Shown: positions 1 through 14,900 of the stretch, one piece after another
Layout of the letters: each line of letters opens with the position of its first letter
How positions within the stretch are numbered: the stretch's first letter is position 1
Assembly: GCA_000708835.1 (NCBI GenBank)
Contig: DF237006.1
Coordinates: 193,817-257,816, forward strand
DNA length: 64,000 nt
Direction: 5' to 3'
Source of the DNA: Klebsormidium nitens
Lineage: Eukaryota; Plantae; Klebsormidiophyceae
The notes under the pieces: model-generated
What the model saw: the letters and a program-made list of their open reading frames with translations, nothing else
Told to the model about the DNA's origin: nothing
The model's database searches: none
Translations under genes and position numbers: made by a program

Positions 1-215
1 AGTCTATCTAGATTCATCATGTCAAAGGGATTGGTTGCTTATTGCCCAATCGCTTAGGTTCTGTGTCCTGCCTAGGATATTCCCCTCAGCTCCATCAGCA
101 TTTTGCATGCCTTCTTGTTTATGATTCTGAAGATATCAGACCTGCTAGTTTTGCAAGCTCCATATTAATGATGTATAAGCACTTTGAGTCTACAAAAACT
201 AACTTCTCCTTGCAG

Positions 216-2354
216 GAAAAGGCTCAGGGAAGAAGGCGGCTCCAGCCGGTGCTTCATCCAGTAAGTCTGAGGGCTCAGAGAGTGGACGAAGAGCGCGGGG
301 TTCGGAAGCGGGCAAGACAGTGGAGGCCCTTCATGAGCAGACTCGGCAGACAGTAGAGGTATGAAACTGCTCTAGGTCTATCAATTGAGAAGGCGCAGTT
401 GTTGGCAGTAAGAAAAGATACAGTTGAGCAGCAACTGGTATGACCAGACAAAAGGTATCGGATGCAGGCCACCACTGCTTTGACATCATTGTCATATGAC
501 GATCTCTCACAGGAATTCATTTTCCTTCCTTGCAGGGCATGGATCCTGGTGGCGCAGAAAACTTGGATGAGTTGATGGCGCAGCTGCAACAGATGGCAGG
601 AGGCGAGGCAAGGCACTTCTGACTTCCTTAAGAGCAACTTACGCCTTCGAGAACGGGCTGGTTATTGGTTGTTGGTTGTTGCTTCGGCCCTGCTGAGAGC
701 AAGAAAGATCGAAGTGATTGTACTGCTGGCTTGCCTCACGGAAATCTTCGTGACGTCCTTACAGAAAACCATGTCGTTTGCTACCCGCACTAGAAGTATG
801 GCAATCCAAATCTCGTACAAGGGAAAGCAATCTTGAATTTGCGTGATACTCAACTCCGAGTTTGATGGCTTTGCTGCAGGATATGCAATCGCTGATGGAT
901 AACATGATGAAGCAACTGCTGTCGAAAGATGTGCTCTATGAGCCTATGAAGGAGATAGGGCGGCGGGTAAGATGGAGACCTGCATCAACTCGATTCTTCC
1001 GACTCTTCCTTTGTCGAGACAGTCGGCACTTGCTGCTCGTATGTAAGAAGTAGAGTACTGCGCCCCAAAGAAATCGCCGACCAGATAGCGGAACCTCTTG
1101 TAGGGAAGAATGGTTCCAAATGTTTTGGTTCAAACAGGGCACTTGAGTGGTGGACTGTTGAGCATCTTGTGTACTTTGGTTGCTTCGTCTTGGTCCCTGC
1201 ACTGCTTTGTCTTCGTTCCGCTTAAGACTTGCTGATCAAGAATTGTCATCACGTCTGCAGTATCCTACCTGGCTTCAAGAAAACGATGCGAAGCTCAGTA
1301 CGGAAGACAAGGCACGGTACGGAAAGCAGTACCAGTACATTCAACGGGTGAGTCTGACAATGTCTTCCGTACCTTCAAGTGCGGCTTTTTCGAAAGTGGC
1401 AGACGACACGGCTCTCGTTCAACGCTATGTCGCCTAGTGAACCAGGAGCCTTAGTAATTTGACTTTTCATCGAGACCTTTGAGCTGTCTTAGTGGCAGCT
1501 TTTTTAACTCCGAGCCGAATCAGAGCGAAAGGCCGGTCGTTGTTGGCTTTGCCTTCTACAGGTGCGAAAATCCCAGCTGTCTAACTTACTGCTATTCGTC
1601 TGTTGCAGCTTCTCCATGTCTACGAAAACGACCCGGATAACTTCGAGCAGGTTACCGCTCTTATGCAAGAGGTAGGGCCGTCTTAGAATCTTCTCCGACC
1701 AGCTCTGCAGTTTCCCAATGCTTTCCGCTACGAGCTTCGACGAGATGATTTTGTAGCTATTTTCGCTTCATCTTCTTTGCTCGGTAGCGTTTTGCAGATC
1801 AGATGGGGTAAGCAGCTGCGAGACTGACTGCGTGGGTGCTCTTCTGTGTGCAGATGCAAGAGTGTGGACATCCACCTGATGAGATCATTCAGGAGCTGGC
1901 ACCAGGAGTGGTTTTTGGGGAGGACGGGATGCCATCGTGAGTTGAAAAGTTATTGTTTTACGAGGCTGTGCTTCGTTTCGAAATTGTTTGGAAAGCGTCC
2001 TATGACAGGCGCTCCTGCTTCGCTTCCTCGCTGCTTCTGTATTTTAGAGAGTGCGGGGGTTCATCTGAACATTGCTGAGATGCAGATTAGAAGGTAGCCG
2101 CGCATTTACACCTCACTCTGATCTGGTTCTGATGATCGGGGTTTGTTTGGCATCGAACCTTTGTTGAAAGTTTTTTCCTTGTGCTGTGCCCAAGCTTTTG
2201 AACAACTGAAGAACATGCACCGCCAAAAGTGTTGATCTATCTTTGATGGGCTTTGCAAAAGTTGATCGGGTAAATGTGCAGATTGCCGGATCTTCTGGGC
2301 GCTGGCACGGGAGGTTCTGGGCCGGGTGGTCAACCAGACTGCTCAATCATGTAG
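216..2354 (+). CDS. PEX19: Peroxin PEX19 (peroxisomal membrane protein import receptor), 5' end lies upstream of the window; exons 216-358, 536-607, 880-966, 1261-1347, 1609-1671, 1854-1936, 2282-2354
   Basis: Spliced translation contains [29 protein letters not shown] and MQECGHPPDEIIQELAPG (PEX19 C-terminal domain) and ends in the CaaX farnesylation motif CSIM*. Exon phases are consistent; the intron at 608 uses a GC donor. Confidence 0.93.
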
Positions 2355-3359
2355 ATAGACATGAATATCGCTCATCTCAAAACTTGTGGAGTCCTGGTGT
2401 CAATTTATATGGTTCGTAAAGTCGCTTCCGCACAGCTTCATGCCAACACTTGAAGTGGAAACTTTGTCTTTCTCACAATTTGATCCAAAGCAAGCCTTGA
2501 ACTAAACATAAAGAAGTCGATCCACCTCCTGCAAATAGCTTCTTATGCATGATGCCATCATGTCATGTGCTCTCGCTCAAATACGTTTCCATGTACCTAT
2601 AAGCTTTACTCTGAACTCCTTCTTAAGCATCCTACGCTTGTAGCATCTGCTGGCCAGCTGCCAATGGAAATTAGAAGTTAGGATCGATATTGTGACAGAG
2701 CATCAACTCTGAACCGAGGCCGGGGCCAGCATGCGTGCATGGGACAAGGATGAGCCAGGCCGGTTGAAGATGTGATGTGCATAGGCTATAGCTCGAGCCT
2801 GGCGGATAAAATCAGGGCTGCGACAAGAAAATATGCCAAGCAGATATTCTGGCATTCGAGCATCTAAGTGCCCGGTGCCCAAGCACTGGGCTCCTCGATG
2901 CCGTTTATTGCTACTTCGCCTGAGTTGTCAATATTTGTATGGGCCCCGGTTCATACAACTCCGAGACCAAAAGCTTATATAAGCAGTCCGCACTCGAGAG
3001 TCGAAGCGCGGTGCATTCTGGAACAGAGCACCACTTTCCTCGACAGATGATGGAAAGAAAGACGGACAAAGGAATTTGCAGATTTCAATTCAGCTGAGCA
3101 GCTTCGCCTGGCAGTGGCAATCAAGCACTTAGTACTTGGGGAGGCGCAGATTGAGAGAGCAGCCAATTGTTGCACGTGAGGCTGATCTGCAATTTGTTCA
3201 TAATACAAGACCGAATACCAAGCCTAAGGGGCAGACCTCTCATTCAGCACATTGCAAGGAGATTGTCGGGCCAAAACAACCCGATAGAAGGGATCAAAAG
3301 GTGGACATTGGAACAGAATTAAAGCAGAATCTCACAGCGACCATCCAGGATCTGCCACG

Positions 3360-5174
3360 ATGAATGACGCCGATGTATCCAAGCAGATCCAGCAGATGGT
3401 GCAATTCATAAAACAGGAAGCAGAGGAAAAGGCCAATGAGATCGCGGTTGCAACAGAAGAGGTTAGTTCCAAAAATTCCGATTGCAAACAGCCGGACTGG
3501 ACGTATATTGAGCCTGTGCTTGAGGTCATTCTACATTCTTCCATAGATAGGTTGCTTGATTGGAAGCTCTTTTAGAAGGCTCTTACCTGATCAGGACAGA
3601 ATACGGTAGATTGCCTTTCTTATACAGCCTTCCACTTGGTGGATTCTGTTGCTTGTTGAGCCCTGCGCAATTTCCGGCGAGCCTTGCCAACCCTAACAGC
3701 TTGAGCAGAGGTGCTCCCAGATTCGAAGGGGTTTATGGACTTGCTGGGCTTGGAGTAACTCTGAGCTCTCACAAATCAACAGGGCCTGATTATGTCCTTT
3801 CACTTGAAGGGAGAATTGCTGCCTCGCCGTTTGGTTTGCAAACAGATCAGAATGCAGCATTGATGCAGATATTCTGCAATACTCATCTGCTTGCTCCGAA
3901 GGCTCCAATTATTCTGCCCCTTGCACTTGTAGGGCATCATTGGATATCCATATGCAAAGCGAATGGGCTCTTTTTCCTAACATCAGGGAAGATGCTTGCT
4001 GCATGAAGTTGTTGTCCTGCAGTATGAATGAGCTGACTGCTTGAGCTGTTCTTTGACTGCCAACGAGCCATGCGCAGACGGCAGACATCTTTCAATCAAT
4101 GTACCTTTTGCAGGAATTCAACATCGAGAAATTGCAGCTGGTAGAAGCAGAAAAAGCAAAGATCCGCAAGGAGTATGAGCGGAAGGAGAAGCAAGTGGAG
4201 ACCAAGAAGAAGATTGAGTACTCCACACAGCTGAATGCTGCTCGCCTGAGGCTCCTCCAGGCACAGGACGACATTGTGAAATCTGTCAAGGAACAGGCTG
4301 ATAAGCAGCTGGCTACAGTTGGAACAGGCGACTCGTACAAGAATCTGCTGCAAGGGCTTATTCTGCAGGCAAGTCAAATCCAATGAGGGGCTGCAAAGGC
4401 CAATCCAGCCTGAGAGGGTACTAGCTGAATTGACAAACGAAAGGTTTCTACTTTCATATCATTCAGATATGTGATGAGCAGACCAGGGGCAGCTTTTAAG
4501 TCAACCTTGCTAGGCGTCCCCTTTTTGAGCAGAATTTTTGGCCCTTGCATCTGCAGATCAGCGGGCCCTGTCAGTGGTGCATCTTTTGTAGTCAGAGACC
4601 CAACACTATGAGTGTGTCCGCTGCGCCATCAACTTGCATTCTTATGTTCAGGGGCTGCTGAGGCTAGAGGAGGAGTCCGTACAACTTCGTTGTCGTGAAG
4701 CTGACCTGAAGGTAGTTCAGGTATGGTTTCAAAGGTCTTCGCATCTTGGGACGTGGTTTGCTGCCCTGCACTCCTACTGAAAGCCTTCTGCTATGCTTGT
4801 ATGCAAACAAGGTGTTGTCTTGTTGGGAACACACAATGCATCGAACTTGAATTTGCGGCCCTGAAGAGTTCTGTCACCAGGTCTGACACTGCTCTCGTCC
4901 TGGTGTCCAGTCTGTCCTCGACCCGGCAAAGAAGGCTTATGCGGAGAAGACCGGGAAGAAGGCCACCAGCATCAACGTGGATTCAAGCACGTTCCTCCCA
5001 CCGGCCCCGAAGTCTGGGAGTCATGATCCCGCTTGCAGTGGCGGAATTGTGATTGCCTCGAAGGACGGGAAGATTGTTTGCAACAACACGCTGGATGCCA
5101 GGCTCGAGATCTCTTTCAACCAGAACCTGCCAGCCATCAGGAAGGCTATGTTTGGAGGACACGAGCGCGCTTGA
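3360..5174 (+). CDS. VHA-E: V-type H+-ATPase subunit E; exons 3360-3461, 4114-4368, 4652-4720, 4911-5174
   Basis: MNDADVSKQIQQMVQFIKQEAEEKANEI...EEFNIEKLQLVEAEKAKIRKEYERKEKQVE...CSGGIVIASKDGKIVCNNTLDARL is the canonical plant VHA-E sequence. All exons are in phase; GC donor at 4369. Confidence 0.97.
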
Positions 5175-5650
5175 GCATGGCACTCGTATTCCAGGTAAAG
5201 CTTGACAGTTGGGCTGCCTGAGCAGGCAGTAACTGACAAGGTGACCAACAATTCTTGCTAGAGCCTCTAGCTTGTCGTACATACTCAAAGTTTCCAGGAA
5301 CAGTGCCTGCTCTAACGTTCAAGATGGGTGGCAGAATCGTATAGTCTACGTGTTGGTCCTTCCTTCAGATCCTTAAGAATATCCTATGTGAAACTAAGAC
5401 GAGAGTACTTAACGACCAACAAGGAGGTTCATTCTCGCTATTGCTTGTTTCATACACCTTACAAATGTTTCTTTGATCTCTCTTCTTGCTGGAATTCGGA
5501 CATTAACCACAAGAGCGAGATGGAAGACATTCCCATGAGGATTGGCGGTCAGACCAATTTCTGACTCTGCAGCCGGTCCTCTTCAAACATGCATTATTGT
5601 CCTCTACCTGCACAATACTCAAGAGCATGTGACGAAGATGCAATCGACTA

Positions 5651-5794
5651 TGATGTTCTCTTGTCAAACGCCGTAGCCACATGGGCCATAGCTTCCATGG
5701 CATACATGGGAATTAATGTTTGAGTTTTGAACGCCTACGTACCCTACCGAACCTGACTTGTGCATGCTCCCCTAGTCCAACCTAGCCTGGCAAC
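5651..5794 (+). repeat. Dispersed repeat fragment (~145 bp), inverted partner at 22484-22625
   Basis: tgatgttctcttgtcaaacgccgtagccacatgggccatagcttccatggcatacatgggaattaatg matches the reverse complement of 22540-22625 almost base for base, with weaker similarity extending to about 5794/22484. Confidence 0.85.
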
Positions 5795-6585
5795 AGCCTG
5801 TCAACGTCGTAGCATTTAGCGAACTTACCACGCGAGTGAGATTACTATACACTATCGTAGCAACAGACTATAGCCTAGCAATGATACTTTCTTTCCTTTA
5901 CCTGCACACACGGTTTACTACATGAAAAAAGACGAGATTGCCTGATTTGCTCCTCTCTCGGCTGTGCGTCACGCGTGGTCATGCAAGACTTCTGTAAATC
6001 GACAACGTGCAAGTGGTGACGTACCCCGCGCGAGACATGCGTCTCAACTTACATGAAGATTTGGATAATGCCATAAACTATATGCAATTGTACGGCGACA
6101 TCACATAATGGCGACAATTGTGCCAACTGCATTCAACATACTCCATATGCGTCTCACTGTATGTTCGGTATTAAAGCTAGGTGCCTCGATTGTTGGCTTC
6201 GCTGCTTGCAAGAATCATGCAAATCGTTTACCGGTACGTATTCTCAACCTTGTGTGATCTACGGATGTACCGGAAACGATCGCTAATCATTGGCCCAGGT
6301 CGATCTGGGACAATAAATGTGTAAATAATCTCTTTGATAGGTATTCGCACCTAGTTACGTAGGTAATCAGATCGCCTATCCACTTGGATTCCAACTAGCA
6401 GCCCCCATGCGTCTCTAAGTAAGCAACATGCTATCCAATCACCAATAGATATGTCTGATGGGGGCCGGGCTGACATGCATGTTGTGTACTTGAATAGCTG
6501 ATGCAGTAAGAACCAAGCCGGATATGTTGAGGCTGTGCATTTTCAAAGGAACTGCCAGCATCGACCTTGTCTCAAGTGCCACTAT

Positions 6586-9753
<3,168 letters not shown>

Positions 9754-10519
9754 GTTTGCTGCTTGCAAAAAGCACCTGAAGCTGTGCTCTTAACACAACC
9801 TCAGGCAAGGGGCGCCCCTACAAAGGTTGGTGGTCTCGAGCCTTGGTTGGCGAGAAAGAGGCACAGGTTGGACCGGGGAGTCATCTTCCCCTTCTCATGA
9901 GTGGGTTTGCTCGCAACCCAGTTTCGCAACCATCATCGAGAAACAGCGCGTCGAAGTATTTTCAGGTCCAAGGAGGGTTTGAAAATTTCGACGTCGATGA
10001 AAAGTTGGAACGTCACCGTTCGTAGCCTTGGCCTTGTTCAGTGTAAATCTCTAGCCTATTAGGGTTCGATTGCAATTTGCACTGCCGTAAACTGCACAGT
10101 GCTCAGTATAGGAATCATCTGCCCATCTTTGGCGTCCAATGGGTAGCCTTAGGGGCGTCCAGCATGGGCGCGCAAATGCTTGTCTTCCTCAGAGGTCTGA
10201 TTTCAACCAGCTCTACGTTGAGCACGTGGAAGACGAGAAACGGAGCCGTGTGCCTGTGATAAGCTCCTTTTGGAGTGGGATGCAATGTTGTTGGGAGAGG
10301 GGAGCACATGATCAACATTGGGCAGGTGGCGACCATGACCAGCAACTGGGGCCTTGCAGTTTCAGCTGCTGACGTGCCTCCTCCTGTTCTATGTATGCTT
10401 ATCTCTGAGCTGAAACACTGCAGCCTGTTTCTCTTTTAGCCAGTTGCAGTAGTCCTGTTTGGCAGCCTGAGATGTTCTATACTGATTGCATCGCTTCTCA
10501 TGTCAAGTAGTCATGCTGC

Positions 10520-10611
10520 TCCCTAATGATGTGCTTTTTCATTCATTGATTTGCTGAATTGAGCGTTTTTGCACGAATTACTACTCAGCTTCATAATGAC
10601 ACTGAGTGGGA
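10520..10611 (+). ncRNA. Candidate box C/D snoRNA (no guide target identified)
   Basis: TCCC-ta-ATGATG(t) ... CTGA (D', 10554) ... CTGA-gt-GGGA gives a C-like box, two CTGA boxes and a 4-bp terminal stem over ~90 nt, in an ORF-poor gap divergent from RPS3. The C box is imperfect and I could not find an rRNA complement by eye. Confidence 0.25.
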
Positions 10612-11975
10612 CCGGGCTATGTCAGGTCGACAACCCTCTGTACCGCCCTCCTTCGTAAGGATTGTTCTTACAATGTGGACCGCGCAATCAAGTTGTGTTT
10701 GACTGTTTGACTGTGCCCACGACAAACCCCTTTCGTTTGGTTTTGTGAAGTTGCATCTTTGTATTTTTGACAAGCCTTTGTCATTAACCATGTTCGAAAG
10801 TCAGAATATACTTGGGTTGCATCACTCCTAAGTAAGATACAAGGGTCGGTCATGTGTACAAGTATTCCTGCTTTACTTCGTGGTGCCTTTTGGCTCGACG
10901 TATCTTGACTTTTCCAAGGGCTTCACCTTTGTTGGAAAACCAGGTTTGGATGCACAACTTAGTGGGCCAGGTTCTGTATGATGCCCACGTGGTGCCCGGC
11001 CAAATCTAACAGCAAACAGAAGCAGGGTGACAAGCAAGGGTCGAGGAATGTCCATCCAACGATGCTCTGATGGTCTTGAGGACAGGCAAATCAATCTCAT
11101 TCCAAAATTGGCTTGAGGTTCAAAAGCGGGCTTAAAACAGATGGGGACACAGCATGATCAAGTACGTCCTGTGCCGAAAACGTATTTGTGTAGAGAAGCA
11201 AAAAATCATAAGCTCTATTTCGAAGCTGGAAATTTGACCTTACATACATAGGCGTTAGTGGGACAAGGCCGAGTAGGAGGTCACATAGCTAATAGACACA
11301 GGTTGAGTTGCAAGAGCGCAGTTCCTGTATTGAAACATGCGTACTAAAGTTCAGCCTGCTCGAACTTGGACTAAGCAGCCGCCATGGATTGTCTGGACGA
11401 TGTATTGTTATTTTACTGTCAATTGTCGGTTTGGAAACCGTATGAGGACTTTTACGATTCTCTCGCATGGCCTCGCTAGACTCGTGGATTCAAGGCCACC
11501 AGCCCACCAGCCAGACCATTAATTAAGGATGTCCAAGACGAATAAGTATGCAAAAGGTCGCACTGCACAGTACACGCATATGTGCACATGCACTCAATCG
11601 GGCTGCACATGGGTATTTCAATTAGCTCTGGCATGCCAGGTGGGATCGCAAGTTACAAGCTAGCCACTTAGCCCTCTAGCTACAAGTGCAAGATGTCAAC
11701 GTACAGGATTTCAGTGTCAATATAGGGCAATACATTAAATCCCATAGGATAAGCATGCATATCATTGACATCGTCATGGCAAGATTCGTAGCACACTAGC
11801 TTTGAGTCTGCAACCATCATGCGTCAAAAGCACAGTGGCCAAGGCATACTTGATCTTCAGCAGACTGAATCTCAAGGTGCGATGATTTATAAAGCCATAG
11901 AAAGCTGAACCTTTGACATAGATTAGAAACGACTTGACAGCTCAATCTTTCCCTCTTCAATCTGACGGTCCGTTC

Positions 11976-14900
11976 TCATACCGGCACGCCTGCATCAGCG
12001 GCCCGAAGCCAGAGCGCCCTTCCCGATAGTGGACCTTGATGCAGCGCCATGTAGGCTGCATTCAGTCTGCACACAACCAGGAGGGTGCTGAAAAACGTGC
12101 TACACTACCATGAGGAAAATGCGTGCGCTCTTATTACGAGAATGTTAACTCAAGTCCATTGAAGAACGGGACACCGATGCATTATCTGCGGATGCTGTTT
12201 GCTAACAGAGCACACCCCATTTCCCAAGCAGCCAGTCACACCCAAAGAGAACACTTTTCCTTCTGCTTCGTAGAAAGGATTCATAGCAGCGCAACTATTG
12301 GGAATAGGACGTACCTCTCGATGTTGGGTGGCGCAATTGGGTCCTCGGGCTCCTCCTTTGGTGCTGTTTGAGGCCTTTCTGGCTCCTGCGAAAGCAGCAG
12401 GCCAACCGCTTAGCGAGGGACGGATCCTAGCATCTAACTCAAACGAGTATGTCCTACAAGGCCCAACAAAGCAATTTGCATTTGCCTTCCGAAGTGTTGA
12501 GTTCCAAATCATCTGGAGTGCAAGCGGCCAGAGTCGATGGGGCTGCGGCTGGACTACTAGATTGATCTATCTCGACAATGCTGTGGGGCAGCCCCCCCGA
12601 ATCAAAGGACAAACTTCGTTCATCCCCACACGTGACCCATCTTTACCCGCATCTGCGCTTTTCAAAACCCGACCACTTGAATTCTCGAACCGTTCGCTTG
12701 ACCACCTTGGAGCACACAGGCTCAATTGGAACCGCCAAGCATCGTGTACATTTTTTGCTGAACGGATCCCATCACCATCGCGTAGGGGCGCAAGTCATTA
12801 CATCCGAGGAACGGACGCTCAGTCACGTTCAACGGCAAAATCATTCTCCGCACTTTCTTTTTTCAACTCAGCTTCTTTGCCAAGTCGCAATCATCACTTT
12901 GATTATGAATCGCCATGAATAAGCGCTAACCTGTCTTACATGCGGCTGCGGCGCCGCTTGCCAGTAGGGGTCCTCATACGCCGCCTGCTCGTATCCGTGA
13001 TAGCCCTGGTCGTAGGCCGTGGCCGCTCGCTGCGGGGACAGAACAGTGACACTCGTTAGCTTCCGCGTCGACCGGATCGATTGAACGCTCATCTGCAGTC
13101 CTCAGGACCATTGAGATCGTTTCGATCGATCACGTGGTATGAGAAATGCAGACCTCGTACGAATTGAAACGAAGCGGTGGTGTACAGCGCTATTCGAGGA
13201 CCGAAGATGCGAAGCTGGCAAGCCTGGCAGTTCTCCGTCGACGCGAAAGCTTACAAACCAGCCGGTAGCACAGAACGCAAAAGTCGCCTTTTAGTGTCCA
13301 TTCGTAAAAAGGTATGCCCAAAGAGTGCAACGTGTCTAATGCAGGGCCGAATGGTCGATGTGGCGAGTGCTCTTGTTACTCTCCAGAACCGCTGAAACCA
13401 AGAAATCCTGTCGATAAAGCTACGGCAGAAGTTTCCAAAACTGAAATGACCATTCCAATCCACGGCTGCTGATCACTCCGTTCTCCCGTTTGCCAATGCT
13501 GCCACCTGAGGACTCAGTGCTCTGTTTCTTGTAACAATTAAGTCGCCTGTTCTCGTCGTACGTGCTGCCGGAATGGGTTGGCTACATGAATCCGTCAGCG
13601 GTATCGGCAGTTCGCTTCCAACGGGTCCTCCGAATCATCCAATTGCAACTCGAGAGGGATGTGAATTCGGAGAAGGTTTTGGAAAGGGTTTTTGACACTC
13701 ACCCTCGGGCCTGAGCTCTTTCCCCACGTGACCCGAATGTTACTCCCCCCCAGTTTGTACCCATGTAGCTTATCCACAGCCTCCGCAGCGCTCGTCCTGT
13801 ACATGCACAAACAGAGATGTGAGTTAGGTGAATGGAGCAGAAGCAATTTGAACTAGGGGACGCTCTGATTCGTGGGACAACTGCGCCGGACTACTCACGA
13901 CTCATCCGAAACTCGCAGAGTTGGAAAATCCGTGTGATCGGCCTTCTTCAACATCGTGAATCGATTAGCAATGACGTCGAAATGCATAAGCATACAGACT
14001 TTGAGGTGTCGGATCCCAACAGTGCATAGCCTGCTTGCACGCAGCTAGAGCCAGACAGCATACTAGAGTCCAGACATGCAATTGAAACGGAGGCTCGAGA
14101 CCAGAGTTGGCCCAAAGCGCCCAGATTTCTGCCTATCGTCCCAAACAGTCCTCCAGTATCCTATAGTGAACAGCATTATGCGCCCATCCCACCTTACAAA
14201 TTGGAGCCAGATCGGAATCGGCCTAGCAAGATTCTTGACGGGAAAGCGGTTCCCACCTAGTGACAAACTGCACGAAGCCGCAGTTCTTGCCGAGGGGAAT
14301 CTTGACATAGACCAGCTCGCCATACGGGGCGAACACGGCTCGGAGCTCGTCTTCGGTCACCGACGCGTCTACTCCGCCCACAAAGACCTGGAATAAGGGA
14401 CGGGTTGAACGGGTTAGCAGCCACACAAGGTATACAAAAGATGTGATTGATTGAAACGACAAGTGTGCACCTGACTGAAACATCGCGTCTACAGAAAACA
14501 AGATGACAGGGCAGGACTGCAACCGCAAATATGCCTACGTACTGCATCTCAAAAAGGACTGGAAACAGGCTGCGTACAGCTTGAGGAATGCACTGTTCTT
14601 AGAAGTGCAAGGGATAGGTTAGCGGAGAGCAGACTGGTCAACAAGCGCAGAAGAGGTTATTGGACAAGAGGACTGACAAAACGAGTGCTGAGACAAGAGC
14701 TCGAGAGCAACTGTCCTGTGTGCCAGATAAGCTCGTATTGCGTGGAGTTGGCCGAAAAACGGGAAGCCACTGACGCAGCTTTCACGGTGTCACAAGATTT
14801 GAAGAACCCCAACATACAAATGATTGCCAGTACGACACAAGCAAGACAATCAGGGGTTAGGTTAAAAAGCACGTGCCCTTATCAAACGCTATTCGAGCAG

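Noticed and set aside
10115-10345. Minus ORF with VELVEIRPLRKT resembling the uS17 RPLSKT motif
   Set aside because: It lacks the rest of the uS17 signature and has no supporting exons.
10356-10364. gcagtttca resembling U14 domain A (18S complement)
   Set aside because: Only 9 nt, and U14 domain B and proper boxes are absent.
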